Shown: piece after piece, positions 9,086 to 16,759 of the stretch
Numbering within the stretch: position 1 is the stretch's first letter
How the letters are laid out: each line of letters begins with the position of its first letter
Virus record (IMG/VR): IMGVR_UViG_3300028557_000125
Coordinates: 1-32,203 of that record
DNA length: 32,203 nt
DNA from: a virus
Lineage: Duplodnaviria; Caudoviricetes
Strand: one strand, 5' to 3'
Translations under genes and position numbers: made by a program
The notes under the pieces: model-generated
What the model was told of the DNA's origin: nothing
Databases searched by the model: none
Seen by the model: only the letters and a program-made list of their open reading frames with translations

Positions 9086-11484
9086 TTTCCACCTTGAGAT
9101 TGTTGAGTCCTATATTTTCCTTCTGCTGAAGGGAATCCGCCAAATGGAAGGATGCCTAGTAATCTTTCATTATTTTGATCAATTGGGGGACGAATAGTTT
9201 CTGCAGAAATATCTTCTTGTACTTTTTCATATTGACTAGTACTGGTAACAAAATCTGACATTTCAACAAAATATGAAATTTTTACTTCTTCAAAATTAAA
9301 ATTATTTTTCCATCTTTTTTTGCACCCATTTAAAGTTTTAGAACATGTGTCATGAAACCAATATCCCGTATTTGGTGGAGCATTTACAGAATTTGATTGG
9401 TGAGTTTTATTGCATACAAAATAATAATTTAATTGATTTTTTTGTACATGTATGAAATTTCCAGATTGATAATTAAAGTTTTTTTTCCAATGGCCCAGAT
9501 CTGTCCATGCTGATCCTGCTGTACTTCTTGTCGTAGAGAATTCGTTGTCGTTTTGATCTGCTACAGGCGGAGCAGATAACAATCCAAATGTTAAATTATT
9601 TTCATTTAATTGATTGATTTGACATAAAGATTCACTATCTCCACCAAGTTTAGTTTGTGTTGTACCCGTAGCAAATTGTATATTTTTCATTCCAACTACA
9701 TTCGCATATACTCCAGAATGTTTTTCTGAAAGTCTATCGTATCTTTCATAAACGCAACCTTCTCCGCGATAATGAAATGGACAATTTTGAGATAATAAAA
9801 CTCGACCTGGAAGTTTTACTCCTTCTATATCTAAAAGAGATGCAAGTTCATATACAGCATTTGTAGAATCTTCTTGAATTTTTCTATCTATATAAAAAAT
9901 ATCTGGAGTTAATTCTACTTCTGTATTAGAAACATTTTTATATTTAAGCAATTCAGTATCATCTATAGAACCAAAATTATAAAAATTAGAAAATGTCTGT
10001 GTTATTCCAGTTGGAGTACTTAAAATAGGTTGATAATCCGTTGCAATAAAATTAAATGTATGAGTATTTAAATTTGTAGTTCCAGATGCGTAAAATTTAA
10101 AACCTGAAGTAGTAATATTTCTTAATTCTGTAATGAAGTCTAATTTATTAGAATTTGAATTAGAATTAAATAATATTTTTGGTTGATAATTTGTAAAAGA
10201 AGTTGGATAAGATACTGAAACTTCTCCAGTATTATTTGCTCCAAAATTCACAGATTCTTTTAAAGCTACTAATTTTACATCTTCATTTGTGTCTGGATTT
10301 CTTCCTGTATAAAATCCAGTTTCTAAAGCTAAATGATTTACATAGTAATTACCACTTAAATTACTAGAAAATTTAATATCAAAACTATCTGTTTGTTGAT
10401 TTGATATATTATATTTTACTAAAGGGGCAGGATCTAATTGATTAAAATTAAATTCTTTTTCTGTTAGCTCTCTAGTCTGAGTATAAAGTTGCCCACTAGA
10501 TCCTATAGAAATAAAATTTACTAAATTGCCAGTGCTTGGAAAAGCTGTTGGATAATTTATAGTTATTCCACTCTCATTGATGAATTTTTTCGTTTTAAAA
10601 TTAGCGACTAATTTAAGCAAATTTGAAGTATTATTCAATTTAAATTCATTTTCATTTTTATAAATTAAATTAGAAAAACCATTTTGGTTGCCAGAAAATA
10701 TAAAAGTATCTTGATAAAAAATTGGATTATCCGTATTTGTTTCCAAAATATCAGAATTTACATAAATGTTAAAAAAATTTTTAATTTCTTTCGGAGCAAA
10801 AAAACTACAATCTTGAGATTGTCTTAATAACTTATCGTTATAAATTGATTTTATATTAAAAAATATTATATTTTTTTCTCTATCAGTAACAGGTTTATAA
10901 TAATAATTTATCCATTTACAAGCGTTTTCAGGAACAAAATCATTTATTCTTACTGTTAATGTGTCACCATCTCTAGAAGCCCAAGGAGCATCATCATACT
11001 CATTAAATGGATTAATTCCTCCTACAAAATTACTTCCAGCAAGATATCTTAAAAATGTTTTTCTTCTAGTCACTTTAGCGCCAACAATATCTTTTAATTC
11101 ATTCATCTGCATTCTGATGTATTTATAAAAAGAATTATATTGATCTTCTAAAAATTGACTTGAAAATTTAATTTTTGGAGTAGGTAATGAGCCGTTAGAA
11201 GTTATATCAAATCCTTCTCCAAATATCGGAAAAGGATAGTAAAATTTATCTTTCCAAATAATTACTCCACGATTGACATTGAATAAATTATAATCGTTAT
11301 GAATTCGAATAACTCCATCTGAGAAGACGCTATTTTCACCAAAATTTATTGTTACAGGTTGAATATCATTCAAGTCAATTTCATATAAATAAATTGGACT
11401 ACTTGGCTCTAACTCATGTATATGAGTGTTTATATCTCTTTGAGATTCTAATATTTCTGTAAAAATTGTATTTATATCTGCCAT
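9082..11484 (-). CDS. L: Minor tail protein gpL-like (four-Cys Fe-S type) with large inserted lectin/CBM-like domains
   Basis: IYLYEIDL, IIWK..YYPFPI..EGFD....GSLPTP, DIVGAKVTRRKTFLRYL, FYIDRK...YELAS..DIEG.KLP.R, CPFHYRGEGC, DTCSKTLNGCKKR, LPFGGFP. Confidence 0.9.
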   Translation of the reverse strand: MADINTIFTEILESQRDINTHIHELEPSSPIYLYEIDLNDIQPVTINFGENSVFSDGVIRIHNDYNLFNVNRGVIIWKDKFYYPFPIFGEGFDITSNGSLPTPKIKFSSQFLEDQYNSFYKYIRMQMNELKDIVGAKVTRRKTFLRYLAGSNFVGGINPFNEYDDAPWASRDGDTLTVRINDFVPENACKWINYYYKPVTDREKNIIFFNIKSIYNDKLLRQSQDCSFFAPKEIKNFFNIYVNSDILETNTDNPIFYQDTFIFSGNQNGFSNLIYKNENEFKLNNTSNLLKLVANFKTKKFINESGITINYPTAFPSTGNLVNFISIGSSGQLYTQTRELTEKEFNFNQLDPAPLVKYNISNQQTDSFDIKFSSNLSGNYYVNHLALETGFYTGRNPDTNEDVKLVALKESVNFGANNTGEVSVSYPTSFTNYQPKILFNSNSNSNKLDFITELRNITTSGFKFYASGTTNLNTHTFNFIATDYQPILSTPTGITQTFSNFYNFGSIDDTELLKYKNVSNTEVELTPDIFYIDRKIQEDSTNAVYELASLLDIEGVKLPGRVLLSQNCPFHYRGEGCVYERYDRLSEKHSGVYANVVGMKNIQFATGTTQTKLGGDSESLCQINQLNENNLTFGLLSAPPVADQNDNEFSTTRSTAGSAWTDLGHWKKNFNYQSGNFIHVQKNQLNYYFVCNKTHQSNSVNAPPNTGYWFHDTCSKTLNGCKKRWKNNFNFEEVKISYFVEMSDFVTSTSQYEKVQEDISAETIRPPIDQNNERLLGILPFGGFPSAEGKYRTQQSQGGK

Positions 11485-11489
11485 AATTC

Positions 11490-12065
11490 TTATCCAGATA
11501 TTTCATCAAATTTTGCGTTTATTGTATAATTTTCCTTAAAATTAAAATTTGTCTCCCATTCTCTACATACGTATCTTGTTCTATAAGTTTTTTCTGAGTA
11601 TATTGTTGGTGGATCATATGCAAAAGCTTTTGCTGCAGCTTTATCTTGCAAGAAATGAACAATAGCATGTGCTTCTTTTTCTGTTTTTAATTCGAATTTT
11701 AATTGAAAAGTTTTTAAATCTGGATTAATATTTTTATTTATTCTTTGTTCGTATCCATTACCAAATCTTATTACAGTAATTAATGGTTTATGACTAGTTG
11801 TTGATGTATAAGAAGCCATCCAAAAGAATTTAGGTATTCTTGAGTTATCTTGAAGAATTGTGACTCCATCCCAATATTCAAGGTTTAATTTGAAATTATT
11901 ATTACCATTATCAATAATTGGTGCAGTTGAGCTGTCTCCACCTTTTTCATGATCTTTAACAGCGTAATAAAAATTGTTTAAATGTTTGACAATATCATTT
12001 TTTGTAAATTGATAAGATGAACCAAAATTCACCCAATTCCTTATAGGATCGTTAATAGACGGCAT
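11490..12065 (-). CDS. M: Minor tail (distal tail) protein gpM-like with N-terminal CBM5/12-like module
   Basis: FFW...P....IRFGNGYEQR....IN, FL......KAF.Y.PP, YVCREW...INAKFDE. N-terminal W....Y...DIVKH...FYYAVKDH..G...P...YW. Confidence 0.85.
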   Translation of the reverse strand: MPSINDPIRNWVNFGSSYQFTKNDIVKHLNNFYYAVKDHEKGGDSSTAPIIDNGNNNFKLNLEYWDGVTILQDNSRIPKFFWMASYTSTTSHKPLITVIRFGNGYEQRINKNINPDLKTFQLKFELKTEKEAHAIVHFLQDKAAAKAFAYDPPTIYSEKTYRTRYVCREWETNFNFKENYTINAKFDEISG

Positions 12066-12070
12066 ATATA

Positions 12071-12128
12071 CCTTATTCCTTTATATGATTTACACTTAAA
12101 AGGGGTGTAATTATATATTGGAAAAAGG
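12071..12128. promoter_or_regulatory. Back-to-back copies of putative phage structural-gene promoter/RBS motif GTGTAA-N9-10-GGAA(A/T)AAGG
   Basis: Minus copy: TTACAC 12090-12095 and CCTTATTCC 12071-12079. Plus copy: GTGTAA 12105-12110 and GGAAAAAGG 12120-12128. Both sit in the only divergent intergenic gap. Confidence 0.6.
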
Positions 12129-12139
12129 TAAAAATTAAT

Positions 12140-12949
12140 ATGTTTAGCTTTACAAGAGAATCTAATAAATTATTTATAGATAATTCACCTGTAACTGGTC
12201 TTCAAACCATACAGGCAACTTATAATAATCCATATGAAAATATAAAATATTTAGGATTAAATAATAACTCTGTAAATACTGTGCCTATTGGTGCATTTAT
12301 AGGAGCATTGAACTTAACCAATATCATGATCAATGAAGATCAATTCATTAAATATACTGGTAGTAATGGAGCTAATTTGCTATTAAGCTACAATAATGAT
12401 AATAATAAATTCATAATGACTAGCGGTTATTTGGCTAATTATGAGATAGAGTGTAGTGTTGGTGCTATTCCTATTATAACAAGTCAATGGAATATTTATA
12501 ACAACTTTGGTAGTGGTTCAGCATCTGTTCCTAATTTTCAAATAGATGAAACAAAATTGAATATCGTTAGTCCTGGAGACATTTCTATCAATTTTAACGA
12601 TATAGCTGAAGAAAAAATCAATAGATTCAATATTAATATAAAATCCACAAGACTGCCCATCTATGAACTTGGTAAAGTCACTCCATCAGATGTTACTTTG
12701 CAATATCCTATAGAAATTATTTCATCTTTTAGCATATCTTTAAATAATTATAAAATTAAAAATCTTTTTGATTATCCGCAAAAAAATCAATTAAAATCAT
12801 TTTCTATAGATTTAAAGAAAAACAATACAAATACCATTATTAACACTTTTAATATTAATAACGCTTTACTTGTAAGTGAGGACTATAATTTAGATGTGGA
12901 TGGTACAGTATTAGCACAATTAACATTTTCGAGTACTATACATAGATAG
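12140..12949 (+). CDS. Putative tail tube-like protein, paralog 1 (internally duplicated)
   Basis: Beta-rich. The pattern Q.IQATY..P..NIKYLG recurs as INIKSTRLPIYELG; ends YNLDVDGTVLAQLTF, resembling tail-tube folds. Structural-gene context. Confidence 0.55.
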   Translation: MFSFTRESNKLFIDNSPVTGLQTIQATYNNPYENIKYLGLNNNSVNTVPIGAFIGALNLTNIMINEDQFIKYTGSNGANLLLSYNNDNNKFIMTSGYLANYEIECSVGAIPIITSQWNIYNNFGSGSASVPNFQIDETKLNIVSPGDISINFNDIAEEKINRFNINIKSTRLPIYELGKVTPSDVTLQYPIEIISSFSISLNNYKIKNLFDYPQKNQLKSFSIDLKKNNTNTIINTFNINNALLVSEDYNLDVDGTVLAQLTFSSTIHR

Positions 12950-12973
12950 TGTAATATTATGAAAGGAAAAAGG
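12949..12973 (+). promoter_or_regulatory. Third copy of GTGTAA-N10-GGAAAAAGG motif
   Basis: GTGTAA 12949-12954 and GGAAAAAGG 12965-12973, with ATG at 12982. Confidence 0.55.
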
Positions 12974-12981
12974 ATAAATTT

Positions 12982-13770
12982 ATGCCAAGGATATATTATG
13001 ATCAATGTGAATTAAGTATTAATAGAACAGGAGTTATTGCCACATCTGCTAATTTAAACTCTGATATTGCTTTGGGGCCTGTTTATACTTTGGGTAAAAG
13101 AAAGCCTTTTAAAAGATTGGTAACAACTGGACCTGCATCTAGTACATTTCAAATTCAATATATTATTAATCCAACTGGAGATCCCGCTTTTAATACTATA
13201 TCAGATATTAAAAATTTTATTTCTGCTCCAACTAATTACGATGGAGTTACTATAGCTTTAGCAGGTGTTACTGGATATAGTTGTTATTTAAATAATTATT
13301 CTATTAAAATTGAGCCAAACAATGTTGTTACAGCTCAAGCTAGTTATACATCTTATGTTCCAATTTCTGGTGACATCTCTTTAAAATCTAATCCAAATAG
13401 CGCAGTATCTGATAGTATTGCTCATAGTTCAAAAATTAATATAGTTTCTGGAAAAAGTTTAAATGGTGATTCTTACAGTTTTAATTATACATTTGATTGT
13501 AATCTAAATCCTATATATGTTTTAGGTCAAAGAGAACCAGTAGAAGTCAAGCCAATTAGAGCTCAAGAAACAGTTAATATGACAGAAAATGTTTTTAATA
13601 AACTTGTATATACAGGTGAAAATATTCCTTTACGGATTTCCATATCAGGACTGCTTGATAATAATAACTTTACAATTCAAATGCCTGATGCACATATTAA
13701 TAATTCTACAATTGAAACAAATCTTGATGATATTATTAGAACGACTAAGACATTAACCCAATATTATTAA
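12982..13770 (+). CDS. Putative tail tube-like protein, paralog 2 (internally duplicated)
   Basis: Repeated motif LGPVYTLG / LNPIYVLG; TGYSCYLNNYSIKIEPNNVVTAQASY matches the equivalent segment in both neighbours. Confidence 0.55.
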   Translation: MPRIYYDQCELSINRTGVIATSANLNSDIALGPVYTLGKRKPFKRLVTTGPASSTFQIQYIINPTGDPAFNTISDIKNFISAPTNYDGVTIALAGVTGYSCYLNNYSIKIEPNNVVTAQASYTSYVPISGDISLKSNPNSAVSDSIAHSSKINIVSGKSLNGDSYSFNYTFDCNLNPIYVLGQREPVEVKPIRAQETVNMTENVFNKLVYTGENIPLRISISGLLDNNNFTIQMPDAHINNSTIETNLDDIIRTTKTLTQYY

Positions 13771-13771
13771 T

Positions 13772-14737
13772 ATGTTTTATAATGGAAAAAATTTATTAAT
13801 TAAAATTGATGGCAATGAGATTATTGCTACAGATGCCAATTTATCATATGATGCTCAAATCGCTCCGTATTTTGAAATTGGTGATAGATACACAAAAAGA
13901 GTAACTCCAACAGATGTCATTCAAGGAACATTAAGTTTAAATTACTTATTTACTGGTTCAGATTACATAAAGTCATTAAGAAATAATGATTCATCTTTGA
14001 CATTTGATTTTGGTGGAATATCACAAACAGGATATCTTCAATCTCACTCAGTTAAAATTAGCCCAAATAATCCTATATCTTGTTCTGCGGATATAATATT
14101 TTTTCAAACTCCTACTGGAAATTTTACTCCTGTATATTCTAATATTGATCTAACTTCTAGCGTTGTTCATGCAGATAATTTAGTTATTTATGATTTTGAT
14201 AATAAATATTTAACTGGAAATTATATCAATGCATCTTTTAATTATCGAGTTGACATAAGACCAGAGATCGTCATAAATGAAACTCAGGAAAGAAGAGGAG
14301 TTTTTGGAATTAAAGAAAGTACTTTTAATGGTTCTTTTGATAATTTAAATCCAGAATTAAGTATATCTGGAAATAAAGCTGGATTGTCAATTGCAGTTAA
14401 AAATTTTGCTGGAGCTATATTCAAAGAAGCTTTTGGAATAACTGGATTTATAACATCAAAAAAATTTAGAGGAAACACTGATGAAACTATCGTAAGTGAA
14501 ATTAGTATAAAACAATATGAAATATTAGCAGAAGCAGAAGTCTCTGGATTTAGTCCTGCTCTAGTAAATATTGGTGATACATTAAATATATCAGGATCAA
14601 ATTTTGTAAATGTTTTTGCTGTTGTTTTAGATAATTTACCATGTGATTTTAAACTTAAAGGACCAGGAGCGTTAGAGGTTATTGTGCCTAGATTAAAAAC
14701 TAGAGAACCAATTATAACCTTGATTACTCCTGCTTAA
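13772..14737 (+). CDS. Putative tail tube-like protein, paralog 3, with C-terminal IPT/TIG domain
   Basis: IATDANLSYDAQIAPYFEIG and TGYLQSHSVKISPNNPISCSADI parallel paralog 2. C-terminal VSGFSPALVNIGDTLNISGSNF...LEVIVP is an IPT/TIG signature. Confidence 0.6.
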   Translation: MFYNGKNLLIKIDGNEIIATDANLSYDAQIAPYFEIGDRYTKRVTPTDVIQGTLSLNYLFTGSDYIKSLRNNDSSLTFDFGGISQTGYLQSHSVKISPNNPISCSADIIFFQTPTGNFTPVYSNIDLTSSVVHADNLVIYDFDNKYLTGNYINASFNYRVDIRPEIVINETQERRGVFGIKESTFNGSFDNLNPELSISGNKAGLSIAVKNFAGAIFKEAFGITGFITSKKFRGNTDETIVSEISIKQYEILAEAEVSGFSPALVNIGDTLNISGSNFVNVFAVVLDNLPCDFKLKGPGALEVIVPRLKTREPIITLITPA

Positions 14738-14740
14738 TTT

Positions 14741-16759
14741 ATGGGCGTTGTAAATACAACAGGATTAAAGTTTCAGCCGCCAAACATAGAAATTTTATCT
14801 ATGTCTAATGATACTGGATTAGTTAATGATGTAATTCAAATTGAAGGAATAAATTTTGATTATGCAGATTCAATTAAATTTAATAATACAATTAATTGCG
14901 TATCATCATTTAATAGCTTAATTGATGGAAATTTTAGAGTTCCATTTGATGGAAATACTGGATATGTGAATGTTCATGGAGATTTTATTGGTTTAACTGG
15001 GATAAATCCAAAATCTTTTTGGACAATGTTTGAAATAACAAATTTTTCTCCTAATCAAAGCCCATCTGGAGAACAAATTAATTTTGAAGGGATTCACTTT
15101 AATACATTAACTGGAATAAATTTCCAAGCAGAAGTCATAAAAGATGATTGTGATTTTTTATTGAGCGGGTCAAATGCAAGCTTCTTTAATATACAAGGTG
15201 GGACTTTAAGTGGAAATGGAGAAGCCGTTTTTATACAAAATATAAATACAGTTCCAGAACAAATCAATACTTACATTTCTAACATACAAAATTTTGATTT
15301 AATCTCTGGATATAGATTTAATGCCAAATTTAACACTACTCCACAAAATAATATATATGAAAATCATATTTTAAGTTTCAAAACTGGAATATATTCTGGA
15401 TTTTGTATTTTTAATACAATGATTAATTCTGGTATTGCCAATCAATTCCAAACAGAAAGAATAAATTTACCTATAAGTTTTAATACCCTAAATTATCAAA
15501 CCTATGTATCTTTTATTTCATCTGGTGCAATAAGTGATTATTTTATAAGTGGAAAAGATTTTAATGGTTTTTATATAAATTTTCAATCAGGATTATCAAA
15601 TAGTACATTATTTAATTTTTTAACTATAAGTGGAGATAGCGAACATAAACAAGAGTCTACAAATTTTAAATCTTCATCTGTTTCTACTATAAATGGAATT
15701 TTTTCTTATAATAAAAATATAAGTACTCAATACGATAAATTACATGCTCCATTTTTATTGACAAGTATTGAAATTGATGATTCTGATTTAAATCAAAATA
15801 TTTTTAGAAATTTTAATTTTCCAAGTGGTTTAAATATAAATCTTATTTACGAGAAATATAATTCTGGTATTTATTCTGATTTATATTCTATATCCGATGT
15901 TGATATATTATCTAATGGGAGTGGATATACAACTGGAACTCTACTTACTCTTTCTGGAAGCGGATTATCCAGCCTAACTTATGGAATATTAGAAATTATC
16001 GGAGTATCTAGTGGATCGGGTACAATACCAACAGGGGCCGTAAATAGCATAGAAATTTTAAATTCTGGAATATTTACTGGTAATTTCGATTCAAATATAT
16101 TAACTATAAGTGCTGGTTATAAATATAATATCTCTAATTTGACAAATAAATCTTTTAATTTTGATTTAAATCCAGGCACTGGTAATGAACCACCATATAT
16201 TTTAAATTATTTATTAATTAATGATCCAAATGTTGATTTTAATAGATTTATTTATGACTATAGTGGCGGATTTTATCAAAAAATTTATTTTATCGCTGGT
16301 CAGGAAGCTAATTTATTGACTCCAGTTTCTTGCAGCAATTTAAATATAAGCGGAACTACAAATGGAAGCGGTACATGTATTATACCAAAATCAGATTATT
16401 ATATGAATGGACCAGTAGTATTCCTTGGATTATTTGGATATGAAAGAGAAGATTTTGGAAATTTCAAAGAAATTCCTGATCCAATTTCTGTTACGCCATC
16501 TGGGATAAATACTAAAGGCAGTGTAATTATTTCTGGTAGAAGTTTTAAAAAGGCTAATTTAATAGATGGAACAGGAGAATACAATTCAATACTTGTGAAA
16601 TTTAGAAATATTACTAATCCAAAACAAAAAAATGATTTTTCTAATACTTTTTATATTATAGATGATCAAACCTTAAGTGGAAATATTGAATTAGGTTCAT
16701 ATTTAACTGGTTCATATGTAATTCAAGCGTTAACTGAAGACGGAGGGATTTACGAATGA
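14741..16759 (+). CDS. Virion structural/fibre protein with IPT/TIG and H-lectin-like repeats, Ser/Thr-Gly rich
   Basis: IPT motifs ITNFSPNQSPSGEQINFEGIHF and PISVTPSG....GSVIISGRSF; lectin-like YFISGKDFNGFYINF and YNISNLTNKSFNF. Confidence 0.65.
   Translation: MGVVNTTGLKFQPPNIEILSMSNDTGLVNDVIQIEGINFDYADSIKFNNTINCVSSFNSLIDGNFRVPFDGNTGYVNVHGDFIGLTGINPKSFWTMFEITNFSPNQSPSGEQINFEGIHFNTLTGINFQAEVIKDDCDFLLSGSNASFFNIQGGTLSGNGEAVFIQNINTVPEQINTYISNIQNFDLISGYRFNAKFNTTPQNNIYENHILSFKTGIYSGFCIFNTMINSGIANQFQTERINLPISFNTLNYQTYVSFISSGAISDYFISGKDFNGFYINFQSGLSNSTLFNFLTISGDSEHKQESTNFKSSSVSTINGIFSYNKNISTQYDKLHAPFLLTSIEIDDSDLNQNIFRNFNFPSGLNINLIYEKYNSGIYSDLYSISDVDILSNGSGYTTGTLLTLSGSGLSSLTYGILEIIGVSSGSGTIPTGAVNSIEILNSGIFTGNFDSNILTISAGYKYNISNLTNKSFNFDLNPGTGNEPPYILNYLLINDPNVDFNRFIYDYSGGFYQKIYFIAGQEANLLTPVSCSNLNISGTTNGSGTCIIPKSDYYMNGPVVFLGLFGYEREDFGNFKEIPDPISVTPSGINTKGSVIISGRSFKKANLIDGTGEYNSILVKFRNITNPKQKNDFSNTFYIIDDQTLSGNIELGSYLTGSYVIQALTEDGGIYE

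Noticed and set aside
2005-9197. Short plus-strand ORFs (65-95 aa range) antisense to J, I, K and L
   Set aside because: Shadow ORFs of long, motif-bearing genes; no recognisable motifs or RBS.
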